Made by a program: the position numbers and the translations under genes
Source: an uncultured Gemmatimonadales bacterium
Lineage (GTDB): Bacteria > Gemmatimonadota > Gemmatimonadetes > Longimicrobiales > RSA9
Reading direction: 5' to 3'
Length of the DNA stretch: 64,000 bases
Assembly (NCBI GenBank): GCA_963816355.1
Contig: CAWFKH010000003.1
Span: 1,376,001 to 1,440,000 of the forward strand
Notes under the pieces: generated by a model
The model's input: the letters and a program-made list of their open reading frames with translations, nothing else
Databases searched by the model: none
What the model was told of the DNA's origin: nothing
Part shown: in pieces, positions 9,645-20,437 of the stretch
Layout: each line of letters starts with the position of its first letter
Position numbering within the stretch: the first letter of the stretch is position 1

Positions 9645-10988
9645 TCAGATCGGCAAGCGGACCGTCGCCCGACAGCCGCGGGGGGCGCGATTCGCCAGGC
9701 TCACCGTCCCTCCGTGTGCTTCCGCGATCTGCCGACACAGAGCGAGGCCGATGCCGGACCCCTTGGGCTTCGTCGTGAAGAACGGGACGAACAGGTTGGC
9801 CCCGTCGAGGATGCCGGGCCCCTCGTCGTCGACGCGCACCTCAAGGTGCCTGCTGGTGCGCTCCCAGCCGATGCGGACGCAGCCCCCGGTCTCGAGAGAG
9901 GCATCGACGGCGTTCCCGACCAGATTAATGAGGAGCTGGTCGAGTTGGTCGCCATCAGCGGCGATCGTGATCGCGGGTCCGCCGACGACGTGGACCGGCA
10001 GGCGCGTCTCGATCGCGGCGACGCGCCGGACCCAATCCTCGACGCTCACGGCTTGGGGACGTGGCGGTGGTAGCCGGGCGAGGCGGGCGTAAGCGTTCAT
10101 GAAACGGGAAAGCGACTCGGCGCGGCCGCTCACGACATCGAGCCCGCGCCTGAGGTCATCGCCGAGATCCGAAGCGTGGTAGGGCCTCGAGACGGCGTCC
10201 CGCAGGCTGGCGGCGATCGACTTGATCGGCGCCAGCGAGTTGTTGATCTCGTGGCCGAGCACGCGCACGAGGCGCTGCCAGGCCTGGCGCTCCTCTTCGC
10301 GCAGAGCGCGGCTGAGGTCGGTGAGCACCAGGAGGGTGTGAGGTCGGCCGTCCTGGCGGAAGCCGCCGCGTCGGAGCTCCCAGCGTCCGCCGCCGCCAGG
10401 AAAGATGGCGTCGAACGTGCGCGGCCCTTCGTCGCCTTCGAGACACTCGGCGAGACCGAGCTCGAGCGCGTCGCGGCCGACGAGACGGGGAGCGGGAAAG
10501 CCGAGGAGTCGTTCTCCGGCGCGGTTGACCAGGACGAGCCGTCCCTCGGCGTCGAACGCGAACACGGCGACGTCGATCTCCTCCATCACCTTTCGCAGGA
10601 GGGCGGAGGCCTCGAGCGCGTCGAGCCGCTGGCGGCGGAGCGTGTCGGCGAGCGCGTTGGTTTCCTCGAGGGCGAGGCCGAGGCTGTCGTCTGGCGAGGT
10701 GGCGCGGAAACGGAAGGAGTAGTCGCCCTCGCGCAGGGAAGCGAGCAGGTTGGAGAGTGCCTGCAGAGGCCGGACGACGCGTTCACGGAGAGCGAGCGCG
10801 AAGACGAGCCAGGCGACGAACAGCAGGATTGCGAGGGTCCAACGGAGTCGATCGGAGTAGCTGCCGAGCCAGAGCAGGACGATGGCGACGACGGCGCCAG
10901 GCAGCCCGGCGAGCGCGGTCAGCAGGACGATCCTGTGCTCGTAGTAGAGCCGCGGTCGACGAGGCCGATCGTTACGTCGCGATAGCAT
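9645..10988 (-). CDS. Sensor histidine kinase (2 TM, HAMP, PAS, HisKA, HATPase)
   Basis: HEINNSLAPI H box, NLVGNA, DEGPG, FVPFFTTK, GSGIGL. Confidence 0.92.
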   Translation of the reverse strand: MLSRRNDRPRRPRLYYEHRIVLLTALAGLPGAVVAIVLLWLGSYSDRLRWTLAILLFVAWLVFALALRERVVRPLQALSNLLASLREGDYSFRFRATSPDDSLGLALEETNALADTLRRQRLDALEASALLRKVMEEIDVAVFAFDAEGRLVLVNRAGERLLGFPAPRLVGRDALELGLAECLEGDEGPRTFDAIFPGGGGRWELRRGGFRQDGRPHTLLVLTDLSRALREEERQAWQRLVRVLGHEINNSLAPIKSIAASLRDAVSRPYHASDLGDDLRRGLDVVSGRAESLSRFMNAYARLARLPPPRPQAVSVEDWVRRVAAIETRLPVHVVGGPAITIAADGDQLDQLLINLVGNAVDASLETGGCVRIGWERTSRHLEVRVDDEGPGILDGANLFVPFFTTKPKGSGIGLALCRQIAEAHGGTVSLANRAPRGCRATVRLPI

Positions 10989-12339
10989 ACTGCTGGAGCC
11001 GCCGGTAGAGAGCACTGCGGCTGAGGCCGAGCGCGTCGGCGGCGCGGCTTACGTTGCCCTGATGGCGGTCGAGCGCCCGCCGGATCAGGTATTTCTCGAC
11101 CTCCTCGAGGGTCATCTCCTCGAGGCGCGGAGCGCCGTCGGGGCGAGGGCGAAGGGCGAGGTCGTCAGACCGGATCCGTTCGCCCTGGCAGAGCAGGACG
11201 GCGCGTTCGATCACGTGCTCCAGCTCGCGGACGTTGCCGGGCCAGGAATGCGCCACCAGCGCGTCGAGGGCGTCGGCTTGGAAGCCGACGATGCGCTTAC
11301 CGTAGGAGCCCGCCTGCGACTCGAGGAAGTGAGCGGCGAAGAGCGGGATGTCCTCTGTGCGCTCCCGCAACGGGGGGAGCTGGATCTCGACCGTGTTGAG
11401 CCGGTAGAGCAGGTCCTCGCGGAAGCCGCCCGCGGCGACCTCCGCGCGGATGTCGACGTTCGTGGCGGAGAGCACGCGAACATCCGCCTTGCGGCTGCGC
11501 GAGGAGCCGACTCGCTGGAATTCGCCCGACTGCAGGGCGCGCAACAGCTTCGCCTGCTGGGAGGCGGGCATGTTGCCGATCTCGTCCAGGAACAGCGTGC
11601 CCTGATCCGCCAGCTCGAAGTAGCCCACGCGATCGGTCTTGGCGTCAGTGAAGGCGCCCTTCACGTGGCCGAAGAGCTCGCTTTCGAAGACGCCCTCCGA
11701 GAGGCCCCCGGCATTCACGGTGACGAGCGGCTTGCCCGATCGTGGTGATGCGGCATGCAGCCAGCGGGCGACCACCTCCTTGCCGGTCCCGTGCTCGCCC
11801 ATGATCAGCACGTTCGCTTCGGAAGGCCCGACGCGCTCGAGCAGCTTCAGCACCGGCTGCATGGCGCGCGAGCGTGCGATCAACTCCGGCAGCCCCTCGC
11901 GGCGAAGCAGGCGGTTCTCACTCTCGAGACGTTCCGTCCGCCGCAGCGCGCGACCGAGCTCGACCTGGGTACGGAGCGTCTGCAGGAGGCGGTCGTTGTC
12001 CCACGGCTTCTCGACGTAGTCGCGCGCGCCGCGCCGCATGGCCTCGACCGCGCCCTCCACGCTGCCCCACGCCGTCATCACGATCACCGGAAGCGTGCTG
12101 TCGAGCGCATGGAGCTTGGCGAGCAGATCGAGCCCCTCGCGGCCGGACGTCGTATCCCGCGTGTAGTTGAGGTCCATGAGGACCGCATCGAGATCGCTCG
12201 ACTCGACCGCCTGGAGCACGCCTGCGGGTGAGTTCGCCGTCTCGATCTCGTAGCCGGCTCCCTTGAGCAGGATCCGGAGCGCTTCGAGCACGTCGGCCTG
12301 ATCGTCGGCGACGAGGATACGGCCAGCCTCGGGGGTCAT
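10972..12339 (-). CDS. Sigma54-dependent NtrC-family response regulator (REC-AAA+-Fis HTH)
   Basis: REC domain; GEHGTGKE, ESELFGH, GAFTDA, LFLDEI, WPGNVREL; HTH. Confidence 0.95.
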   Translation of the reverse strand: MTPEAGRILVADDQADVLEALRILLKGAGYEIETANSPAGVLQAVESSDLDAVLMDLNYTRDTTSGREGLDLLAKLHALDSTLPVIVMTAWGSVEGAVEAMRRGARDYVEKPWDNDRLLQTLRTQVELGRALRRTERLESENRLLRREGLPELIARSRAMQPVLKLLERVGPSEANVLIMGEHGTGKEVVARWLHAASPRSGKPLVTVNAGGLSEGVFESELFGHVKGAFTDAKTDRVGYFELADQGTLFLDEIGNMPASQQAKLLRALQSGEFQRVGSSRSRKADVRVLSATNVDIRAEVAAGGFREDLLYRLNTVEIQLPPLRERTEDIPLFAAHFLESQAGSYGKRIVGFQADALDALVAHSWPGNVRELEHVIERAVLLCQGERIRSDDLALRPRPDGAPRLEEMTLEEVEKYLIRRALDRHQGNVSRAADALGLSRSALYRRLQQYAIAT

Positions 12340-12636
12340 CGCGCCTCTGACATCGAAGTTCGGTGCATCACGTGATCGGCGGGAGGCAGGGATGGGATCG
12401 GCGAGAAATCTAGCGGTCGAGCGATAACCGGTCGAGCGGCGCACGATTCGCCAAGCGGTCGAGGCCCGTGCCGCGATCCAGACGGCGCCCGGCAGGGTGG
12501 CGCGCTCGGCGCGGGCGGGGCGCGCGGGGCCCCGCCCCAGCGGTCGGATGCGGCCGCCCCGGTCCGCGGGGCCGCCTCTGCGCGCGGGTGCGGCCCCAGT
12601 CCGCGGGGCCGCCGCCAGTGCGCGGGTGCAGCCGCC

Positions 12637-13338
12637 TCAGCGCGCGGGGACGGCCGCTCGCTCGAGGATCTGGCGGTCCTCGACGATCCACCCGTCCTTC
12701 AGCTCGACGACGCGATGGCCGTACGCCGCGTTGTCCTCGGAGTGCGTCACCTGAATGATCGTGGTGCCGGCGTCGTTGAGGCGACGGAACAGCTCCATGA
12801 TCTCGCGGCCCTGGCTCGAGTGGAGGTTGCCGGTCGGCTCGTCGGCGAGGATGACGGAGGGTTCGGCGATGATGGCGCGCGCGACACCCACGAGCTGCTG
12901 CTGCCCGCCGGAGAGCTGGCTCGGGAAGAGGTCCTTCTTGGCGACGATGCCGAAACGGTCGAGCGTGTCCGCGACCCGTGCTTGCCGCTCTGAGCGACGC
13001 ACGTTCCGGTAAGAGAGCGGCACCTCCAGGTTCTCGGCGACCGTCAGGTCGTCGAGCAGGTGGTACTGCTGGAAGACGAAGCCGACGTGCTCACGGTTGA
13101 GCGACGCGCGCTGCTTCGGCTTCAACGCGTGCACCGGCTCACCACGCAGCCAGTATTCGCCGCTCCACGTATGGTCCAGCATGCCGAGCACGCTCAGCAG
13201 CGTCGTCTTCCCCGCGCCCGACGGTCCCATGATCGTCACGAACTCGCCCGCGCGGATCTCCAGATTGACGTTGCGCAGCACGTACGTGCGCCCCGCGCGG
13301 GACTCGTAGAAGCGCTCGACGTTCTTCAGCCGAATCAT
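12637..13338 (-). CDS. ABC transporter ATP-binding protein (LolD/MacB type)
   Basis: [27 protein letters not shown]. Confidence 0.93.
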   Translation of the reverse strand: MIRLKNVERFYESRAGRTYVLRNVNLEIRAGEFVTIMGPSGAGKTTLLSVLGMLDHTWSGEYWLRGEPVHALKPKQRASLNREHVGFVFQQYHLLDDLTVAENLEVPLSYRNVRRSERQARVADTLDRFGIVAKKDLFPSQLSGGQQQLVGVARAIIAEPSVILADEPTGNLHSSQGREIMELFRRLNDAGTTIIQVTHSEDNAAYGHRVVELKDGWIVEDRQILERAAVPAR

Positions 13339-13384
13339 CCGTTCTCCCGATCTGCGTGCCTGTAGTGCCTGCCCATTCGTTCAC

Positions 13385-13468
13385 GCCGGACCGCGCGCCC
13401 GATTTCGCGCCAGACCGCGCCCGATTCCGTGCCGGACCGCGCGCCCGATTTCGCGCCGGACCGCGCGC
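13385..13468. repeat. 22-24-bp imperfect tandem repeat, about 3.5 copies
   Basis: gccggaccgcgcgcccgatttcgc at 13385 and 13431, variant at 13409, partial at 13455. Confidence 0.9.
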
Positions 13469-13495
13469 TCTTCACGGCGGATCGGCCGCGCGACT

Positions 13496-15964
13496 TCAAT
13501 CGTGGCGGATGGCCTGCGTCGGATCGACGCGCGCCGCGCGGCGGGCGGGCAGAGCCGTCGCGACGAGGGCGACGAGCGCGAGCAACGACACCACCGTGCC
13601 GAAGGCGAGCGGATCCGCGGCGCCGACGCCGTAGAGGAACCGGGAGGCGAGCTGCGCCATGCCGACGGCCAGCGCGAGCCCGATCACGGCGCCGACGCCC
13701 GCGAGGGCCATCCCCTGTCCCAGCACGAGGCGCAGCACGTCACGCGTGCGCGCCCCCAGCGCCATGCGAATGCCGATCTCACGGGTGCGCTGGCTGACCG
13801 CGTACGCCATGACGCCGTAGAGTCCGATCGCGGCGAGCATGAGCGCCAGCGCCGCGAAGAGCCCGATCACCGCGGCCCCGATGCGCTGCGGCAGCAGCGA
13901 CACCGCCAGCCGCTGCTCCATCGGCTCTAGCGACAGGATCGGCAGGTCCGGGTCGAGCGCGTGGATCTCCTCGCGGATGCGCGGGACCAGCGTCGCCACG
14001 CGGCCGGTGGTGCGGACGTGGACCTGGGCTTCCGACGGCATCTGCAGAATCGACAGATAGAAGTAGGGCGTGGGCTCTTCGCCCAGACTCACGTACTTCC
14101 CGTCACGCGCGACCCCCACCACGGTGAGGTTCTCCAGACTCGCCGCGTGGCCGAGACGCTTCCCGATCGGATCCTGCCCCGGCCAGAACCGGCGCGCGAA
14201 CGCCTCGTTCACCACGACCGCGTTGGGCGCTCCCGCACGATCTGCATCCGTCAGCGGCCGCCCGCGCAGGATCGGAACGCGGAGCAGCCGGAAATAGTCC
14301 GGTCCCACCACGTTGAAGTGGAACTCCATGTCCTCGCCCGATGCGGGCTGATACCCCTCCACGGACGTGCCGGTCCGGCTGCCGCCCAGCCCCAGCGGCA
14401 CGCTGGACGCCAGCGCCACGCCGGTGACGCCCGGCAAACCCTCGAGCCTCGATTCGAGCCGGTCGTAGAAGGCCGCCCGGCCGGCGTCCGTGTAGCCCTG
14501 CGTCGCCAGATCCAGCTGGGCGACGACGACGCCGCGCGCATCCAGGCCGGGATCCACCCTCTGCGCCTTCTGCAGGCTGCGCACGAAAAGGCCGGCGCCC
14601 GCGAGCAGTACGAGAGAGACGGCCACCTGCGAGACCACGAGGACGTTGCGGAGCGTCACGCGCCGACGCGATCCGCTCGCGCCACGCGCCTCCTCGCGAA
14701 GCGCGCCGGAGACCTCCGTGCGTCCGGCCCGCAGCGCCGGTGCGAGTCCGAACAGGAGTCCGGTGAAGGCGGTCGCCAGAAGCGTGACCGCGAGGACGCG
14801 CGCGTCCGGCTGCAGGTCGAGGGCGACCGGTATCGGCAGCGATGGCTGGAACCGCTTCAGCAGTCCTGCGCCCGCGAACGCGAGCAGCACGCCGCCGGCA
14901 CCGCCGAGCGCCGCGAGCAGCGTGCTTTCCGTGAGCATCTGGCGCAGCAGTCGGCCGCGGCCGGCGCCGAGCGCGAGGCGGACCGCCACTTCACGGGAGC
15001 GCGCGGCCCCGCGCGCGAGCACCAGGTTGGCGACGTTCGCACAGCAGAGCAGCAGGACCAGGCCCACGACGACCAGGAGCAAACCCATGAAGCCGAGCAC
15101 CGGTCCCCGGATCTGCGGCGGCACGCGCGCCTCGGCCTCCGGCACCAGCGTGATCGCACGGCCATTCTTGCGCACGTCCGACCACGCGTCCGGGAAGCGC
15201 TCCCGCAGGCTTGCGGCGAGCAGCCGGTAGCGGGTCTGCGCCTGCGCCAGGGTGACCCCGGGGCGGAGTCGCCCGAACACCGTGAGACCGCGGTTGCCCC
15301 GATTCTCCAGCCCGCCATCCTCGGGCGTCCTCCCCGCCAGCAGCGGCTCCGCGCCGGTCAGAGCGAACACGTCGACGCGCGGGCCGCGCAGCACGCCGCC
15401 GTACCCCGGCGGCGCCACGCCCACGATCGTCATCGTCGCGCCGCCCAGACGCACTGTCCGCCCCACGACGCCCGGCTCGGCGGCGAAGCGGCTGCGCCAC
15501 AGCGCGTCGCTGATCACCGCCACCGTCGGCCGGGCACCCACCGCGCCCTCGTCCGGCGTGAAGAAGCGGCCTCGCTCCGGCGCCATGCCGAGGACCTTGA
15601 AGTAGTTGGCGCTCACGAGCTCGGCGAGGAGGCGGCTCGTCTCACCGCCGACCACCATGTTGACCGGCGTGAGCCGCGACGCGGCGACGCCGCTCATCAC
15701 GTCGCTCTGCGCCGCGAACTCGCGGTAGTCGGGCAACGAGGATGCGCCGTAGGGCGGTCCGCTGTAGTCGCTCGTGTAGATCCAGGCGAGGCGGTCCGGC
15801 TCGCGGACCTGTGCCGGCGGCCGCAGCAGCAACGCGTTGACCAGGCCGAAGATCGTCGCGTTCGCGCCGATCCCGAGCGCCAGCGTCGCCACCGCCACCA
15901 GAGTGAAGCCAGGGCTGCGGACGAGCAGCCGCACCGCGTAGCGAAGGTCCTGTAGCACACTCAT
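13496..15964 (-). CDS. Duplicated MacB/FtsX-type ABC permease (ADOP-like)
   Basis: [52 protein letters not shown]. Confidence 0.93.
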   Translation of the reverse strand: MSVLQDLRYAVRLLVRSPGFTLVAVATLALGIGANATIFGLVNALLLRPPAQVREPDRLAWIYTSDYSGPPYGASSLPDYREFAAQSDVMSGVAASRLTPVNMVVGGETSRLLAELVSANYFKVLGMAPERGRFFTPDEGAVGARPTVAVISDALWRSRFAAEPGVVGRTVRLGGATMTIVGVAPPGYGGVLRGPRVDVFALTGAEPLLAGRTPEDGGLENRGNRGLTVFGRLRPGVTLAQAQTRYRLLAASLRERFPDAWSDVRKNGRAITLVPEAEARVPPQIRGPVLGFMGLLLVVVGLVLLLCCANVANLVLARGAARSREVAVRLALGAGRGRLLRQMLTESTLLAALGGAGGVLLAFAGAGLLKRFQPSLPIPVALDLQPDARVLAVTLLATAFTGLLFGLAPALRAGRTEVSGALREEARGASGSRRRVTLRNVLVVSQVAVSLVLLAGAGLFVRSLQKAQRVDPGLDARGVVVAQLDLATQGYTDAGRAAFYDRLESRLEGLPGVTGVALASSVPLGLGGSRTGTSVEGYQPASGEDMEFHFNVVGPDYFRLLRVPILRGRPLTDADRAGAPNAVVVNEAFARRFWPGQDPIGKRLGHAASLENLTVVGVARDGKYVSLGEEPTPYFYLSILQMPSEAQVHVRTTGRVATLVPRIREEIHALDPDLPILSLEPMEQRLAVSLLPQRIGAAVIGLFAALALMLAAIGLYGVMAYAVSQRTREIGIRMALGARTRDVLRLVLGQGMALAGVGAVIGLALAVGMAQLASRFLYGVGAADPLAFGTVVSLLALVALVATALPARRAARVDPTQAIRHD

Positions 15965-16122
15965 CTCGTCAGTCGGCCCGGAGGGCTTCGGCGGGATCCA
16001 CGCGCGACGCTCGCCGAGCGGGCAGCCAGCTCGCGAGCAGCGCGACGCCCGCAAGGACGGCGCCCGCGCCCTGACGAGTCCGCCCTGCCGGCGAGTGTAG
16101 CATACGCGGCGGGAACGGTCTC

Positions 16123-16887
16123 TTACGCTTCGGGCCGGATCGGGTGATGCACGTCGAATCCGCTCTCCTCGAGCTCTTCGGTCGCCTCCGGCTGCTGCGC
16201 CTCGTCGCGCACGATCTGGCCGTCGAAGAGGTGGATCGTCCGCTCCGCGTGGCGCGCGTAGCGGGGATCGTGCGTCACCATTACGATCGTCGCCCCGTCG
16301 CGGTGCAGCTCCCGCAGCAGCAGCATGACCGCTTCGCCGTTGCGTGAATCGAGGTTTCCGGTCGGCTCGTCGGCGAGCAGCGTGGAAGGCCGCCCCACGA
16401 TCGCGCGGGCCACCGCCACACGCTGCTGCTGGCCGCCGGAAAGCTGCGACGGATAGTGCTTCGTGCGGTGGGCCATCCCGACGCGCTCGAGCGCCTCCTG
16501 CACGCGCTGCTTGCGCTCCGAGCCGGGCATGCCACGGTACGTCAGCGGCAGCTCCACGTTCTCGTAGACGGTGAGATCGCCGATCAGGTTGAACGCCTGG
16601 AAGATGAAGCCGATCTCGCGGTTGCGGATGCGCGCCCGGTCCGACGCGGAGAGCGCCGCGACCGGCTCGCTGTTCAGCAGGTACTCCCCGTCCGTCGGCG
16701 TGTCGAGCAGCCCCAGGATCGAGAGCAGCGTGGTCTTGCCGCACCCGGACGGTCCCGCGATCGAGACGTAGTCCCCCTTCCGGATGTCGAGGTGGATGTT
16801 CGAGAGCGCGTGCGTCTCCACCTCGTCGGTGTAGAACACTTTCTTCACGCCCTCCAGCTTGATCAACGACTCCCGCACCGCCTCCAT
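16123..16887 (-). CDS. ABC transporter ATP-binding protein (LolD/MacB type)
   Basis: [26 protein letters not shown]. Confidence 0.95.
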   Translation of the reverse strand: MEAVRESLIKLEGVKKVFYTDEVETHALSNIHLDIRKGDYVSIAGPSGCGKTTLLSILGLLDTPTDGEYLLNSEPVAALSASDRARIRNREIGFIFQAFNLIGDLTVYENVELPLTYRGMPGSERKQRVQEALERVGMAHRTKHYPSQLSGGQQQRVAVARAIVGRPSTLLADEPTGNLDSRNGEAVMLLLRELHRDGATIVMVTHDPRYARHAERTIHLFDGQIVRDEAQQPEATEELEESGFDVHHPIRPEA

Positions 16888-16915
16888 GGCTTCTCTCCCG
16901 GATGAAGTGCCGCGT

Positions 16916-18160
16916 TCAGCGCAGTCGAACCCGGTCCACGCTGTCCCATGTCTGCATGTCCGACAGGATCACCTGATCGCCCCGCTTCAGACCGCTCACG
17001 ACCTCGATCGTGTTCACCGAGCTGCGCCCCAGGCGCACCGTGACCCGCACCGCCGCATCCCCGCCCTCGACCACTTTGAACAGCCCCACCTGACTCTGCG
17101 GCTGGCCGTACGCCGGCCGCCCCACGTAGAGAACGTCCGAGAGCCGCTCGATCTCGATCGTGCCGTCGACGCTCAGGTCCGGCCGCGCTCCCTGTGGCAG
17201 GTTCCCCTCGAGCCGCACGTCCACCGTAACCGTGCCGCCTTGCGACGCGGGGTCGATACGAGAGACACGCCCCGGCACGATTCCGTTGCGTGTGTCGATC
17301 TTCGCGGGCTGGCCGAGCTGCACGTCCGGCGCCTGCGTCTCCGGGATCCGCAGCACCGCCTTCAACCGGCCCGGCTGCACGATCCGCGTCAGGACCGTCC
17401 CCGGCGTCACGTACTGCCCCACCTGCAGCGTCATGTCCTGAACCACGCCCTCGGTCGGCGCGACCACCTTCATCGACTGCAGCTCACGCTGCCGGAAGCC
17501 GACGATCGAGCGCAGCCGCTCCACCTGCGCGAACTGAACCTTCAACTGCTCGTCCACCTGGTCGGTGACCAGCCGCAGACGGTCCTTCTCCACCTGCAAG
17601 CGCGTGTTCAGCTCCATCACCTTGTCCTGCGCGTCCTTCAGCTCGTTCGCCGCGATCAGGTGGCGGTCGGCCAACTCCGACAATGTCTTCGCGTTCCGCT
17701 CCGCCTGCCGCTGCTCACTCTCCAGCTGCGCGACCACCCCCTCCTGATTCAACCGCTGGCCCTGCAGCGTCGCTTTCAAGCTCACCAGCTCCGACTCCGC
17801 CGCCGTCAGTTGCCGCTGCGCATCCAGCAGCTCCAGCTGCACGTCCGGATTGCTCAGCTCCAGCAGCGCCGTCCCCGCCTTCACGTGCGAGCCCGGCTCC
17901 ACATGAACCGCGTCCACCCGTCCCGCCGTCACCGCCGCCACGTACACGATGTTCTCCGGCACGAGCGTTCCCGGACCGTGGACGTCCCGCACCATCGTCC
18001 CCTGCTTCACCGTGTCGATCAGCACCGTCTCGCGATCCACCGTCGGAGCGGCCGGCTCGAGCTGCGAGATCCCCAGCGTCACCGCCACCACTGCGACGAC
18101 TACACCGCCGATGTAGACGTAGCGGCGCTTCGACGTCTTCTTCTCGCGAGGAATGTCCAA
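16916..18160 (-). CDS. Periplasmic adaptor (HlyD/MacA-type membrane fusion protein)
   Basis: N-terminal TM, lipoyl-like halves around a coiled coil; TTG start after GAAGGAG. Confidence 0.9.
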   Translation of the reverse strand: MDIPREKKTSKRRYVYIGGVVVAVVAVTLGISQLEPAAPTVDRETVLIDTVKQGTMVRDVHGPGTLVPENIVYVAAVTAGRVDAVHVEPGSHVKAGTALLELSNPDVQLELLDAQRQLTAAESELVSLKATLQGQRLNQEGVVAQLESEQRQAERNAKTLSELADRHLIAANELKDAQDKVMELNTRLQVEKDRLRLVTDQVDEQLKVQFAQVERLRSIVGFRQRELQSMKVVAPTEGVVQDMTLQVGQYVTPGTVLTRIVQPGRLKAVLRIPETQAPDVQLGQPAKIDTRNGIVPGRVSRIDPASQGGTVTVDVRLEGNLPQGARPDLSVDGTIEIERLSDVLYVGRPAYGQPQSQVGLFKVVEGGDAAVRVTVRLGRSSVNTIEVVSGLKRGDQVILSDMQTWDSVDRVRLR

Positions 18161-18230
18161 GACCGTCGATCTCCTTCGACCGTGTGCGGTGGCCGGAGCG
18201 TTGCTGTCCGGGAATCCGCCCTATCCCAAG

Positions 18231-18245
18231 GTAAGGACCATGCCA
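18231..18245 (-). promoter_or_regulatory. Candidate sigma54 promoter for the adaptor/ABC operon
   Basis: TGGCATGGTCCTTAC versus consensus TGGCAC-N5-TTGC. Confidence 0.45.
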
Positions 18246-18319
18246 CCGCGGCACGAGTTCGTATTCTCTTGTCGAGCAACGATTTATGATGGTGCGCGAG
18301 CGCCCGCCACGCCGCTGAT

Positions 18320-18444
18320 CCGTCCGCTAGCGGGATCGCGCTGTGCCGCATCCGGACAGTCGCGGCGAGCCGCTCGAGCGGGACCCTCCCGCGTCCGCGC
18401 GACGCCCGGTCGGTCGCGGGATCGGCCGTCCCGCGGCCGGACAG
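18320..18444. promoter_or_regulatory. Candidate upstream activator sites (3 related 17-mers)
   Basis: GTGCCGCATCCGGACAG (18343), GTCCCGCGGCCGGACAG (18428) and minus-strand ATCCCGCTAGCGGACGG (18320-18336). Confidence 0.4.
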
Positions 18445-18521
18445 CGAGAGGGGGCGCGAAGGGACGTCGGACCATGGCGCAAGTGCCCGTGTTGCATAAC
18501 GATAACACGATTCCGCCGCGA

Positions 18522-18536
18522 TGGCACGTGGCTTCC
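18522..18536 (+). promoter_or_regulatory. Candidate sigma54 promoter for the tolC-like gene
   Basis: TGGCACGTGGCTTCC versus consensus TGGCACG-N4-TTGC. Confidence 0.45.
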
Positions 18537-18656
18537 TCTTGTCATGCGATGCAGGACACGCGCGCGCGACGGTGCCGGCGCGCGGCGTTCGCGGCCCTGC
18601 GGGGCGGGGCGCCGAGGATCCGAACCAAGTTCTACCATCTCCCGGAGAGACTGGTG

Positions 18657-20075
18657 ATGCCACGCCACGAAGTTCGCGCATGCTTGATGCTCACGATCGC
18701 GTTCGCGAGCGTGCCTTTGGCGCCTGCGGCCGCGCTGCTCGCGCAGGAGCCGACGGGCGACGGCGTGTGGGTAGAGCCGGCGTCCGACACGCTCACGCTG
18801 CGGGAAGCGGTGCAGGAGGCGGTGGGGCGGAGCCCGCAGATCCGGACGGCCGCATCGCAGGTGACGTCGGCGGGCGCCGGGCGATGGGACAGCTGGGGCC
18901 GACTGCTGCCGTCGCTCACGGTCGGGAGCAGTCTCAATCAGCAGGCGCAGCTTTCGCGCACCGGCACGGACCCGATCACCGGTGCGATCGTGCAGCTTCC
19001 GGACTCTCTGATCGAGCAGCGCCTCTCGTTCGGCACCGCGGCGAGCATGACGCTCAACTGGACGGTCTTCGACGGAGGGCAACGCTACTTCGCGATCCGC
19101 GCGGCCAACCTGCAGACGAGCGCGGCGGAGCGGTCGCTGGACGCGGCGCGGGCGCGCGTCGAGGCGGGGGCGACGCTGGCGTACCTCGACGCGCTCGAGG
19201 CGGAGGCGCAGCGGCGCGTGCGCGCGGCGGACGTCGAGCAGACGAAATCGCTGCTGGAGCTGGCGCAGGGACGCTACGATACGGGCCAGGCGCCGGAGAT
19301 CGAGGTGCTGCAGGCGCGCGTCGCATCCAACAGCGCGGAGCTCGACCTGCAGGATGCGCAGCTCGCCGCGGAGGACGCGCGGCTGGCGCTCGGGCAGTAC
19401 GTCGGGCCGATCGGCGCGGATGTCGCGCTGGTCGACCCGGCCGATTCGGTGCCCTACGGCGCGAGCGACGTCGCGATGCTGCGCCAGTGCGCGATCGAGG
19501 GGAGCGGCGAGCTGGCCTCGCTGCGGGCGCAGGAGCGGGCGGCGGCGAAGTCGAACACGGCGGCGAGATGGTCCTTCCTTCCGACGGTCGACGTGAGCGC
19601 AACGTGGGTGCGCACCGAGTTCGGTCAGAGCCGCGATGCGCTCACGCTGAACCCGCGCAACCAGCAGACGTACTACTCGCTGTCGCTGCAGTGGCAGCCG
19701 TTCCAGCAGCCGGGTCGCTTCGTCGCGGACCGCCAGCGTGCCGCGGCGGCGGCAGTGCAGGCGGAGGCGCAGCTCGCGACGCGACAGCCGGAGATCCTGC
19801 GGCAGGTCGAGGTCGCGCTGACCCGGCTGCGGCGGGCCCGCCTGCAGCGGCAGCGGGCGGAGCTGAACGAGGAGCTGGCGAAGAAGCAGCGCGAGCAGGC
19901 GGCGGACCGCTATCGCTACGGCGCCGCGCCGATCACCGAGACGCTGCAGGCCGAGTCGCTCGCGCGGGAGGCCGAGCGGCTGGCGGTGGTGGCGCGCCTG
20001 GCGGACCGGCGTGCGATCGCGGAGCTGGAGCAGGCGGCGGGGATGCGCGTCGAGCGGTGCGGCGAGGGCCGCTGA
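18657..20075 (+). CDS. TolC-family outer membrane efflux protein
   Basis: Signal peptide, LTLREAV, two OEP repeats (LLPSL..WTVFDGG; FLPTV), YDTG/YRYG; divergent from the MacAB-like genes. Confidence 0.88.
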   Translation: MPRHEVRACLMLTIAFASVPLAPAAALLAQEPTGDGVWVEPASDTLTLREAVQEAVGRSPQIRTAASQVTSAGAGRWDSWGRLLPSLTVGSSLNQQAQLSRTGTDPITGAIVQLPDSLIEQRLSFGTAASMTLNWTVFDGGQRYFAIRAANLQTSAAERSLDAARARVEAGATLAYLDALEAEAQRRVRAADVEQTKSLLELAQGRYDTGQAPEIEVLQARVASNSAELDLQDAQLAAEDARLALGQYVGPIGADVALVDPADSVPYGASDVAMLRQCAIEGSGELASLRAQERAAAKSNTAARWSFLPTVDVSATWVRTEFGQSRDALTLNPRNQQTYYSLSLQWQPFQQPGRFVADRQRAAAAAVQAEAQLATRQPEILRQVEVALTRLRRARLQRQRAELNEELAKKQREQAADRYRYGAAPITETLQAESLAREAERLAVVARLADRRAIAELEQAAGMRVERCGEGR

Positions 20076-20109
20076 TCCGGCGAGTCGTTGCATCCGACGC
20101 GGCCGGCGC

Positions 20110-20388
20110 TCAATCGAGGCTCGCGAGCCGCGTCCGGGGCCGTTCGTCGCTCAGCCGCTCGACGAACTGCATGCGATCCTCGAGGAGATCGAGGCGCGTG
20201 TTGAGGCGGTCGAACAGCGCCGTGACGCGCTCGACGTCGACCGCTTCCGGGGAACGCTCGGGGTCCTTGCGGCCCTTGAGGTCGCGCGCCATCGCGTCGA
20301 GGTAGCGGCCGAGCGGCTTCGTGATCGGCCGCAGGATCATCACCCCCGCCACGCAGAAAAACAGGACGATCGGAATCAGGTTGTCCAT
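20110..20388 (-). CDS. Small single-TM coiled-coil protein (PspB-like architecture)
   Basis: Strong RBS GGAGGAG; N-terminal TM, then RLDLLEDRMQFVERL coiled coil. Confidence 0.7.
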   Translation of the reverse strand: MDNLIPIVLFFCVAGVMILRPITKPLGRYLDAMARDLKGRKDPERSPEAVDVERVTALFDRLNTRLDLLEDRMQFVERLSDERPRTRLASLD

Positions 20389-20437
20389 CGAGCTCCTCCG
20401 TCGCTGCGCCCAGTGCTCCGTTACCTGCTTCCCACCG

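Noticed and set aside
16070..16110. CTGACGAG as a hammerhead ribozyme core
   Set aside because: No properly placed GAAA or supporting stems
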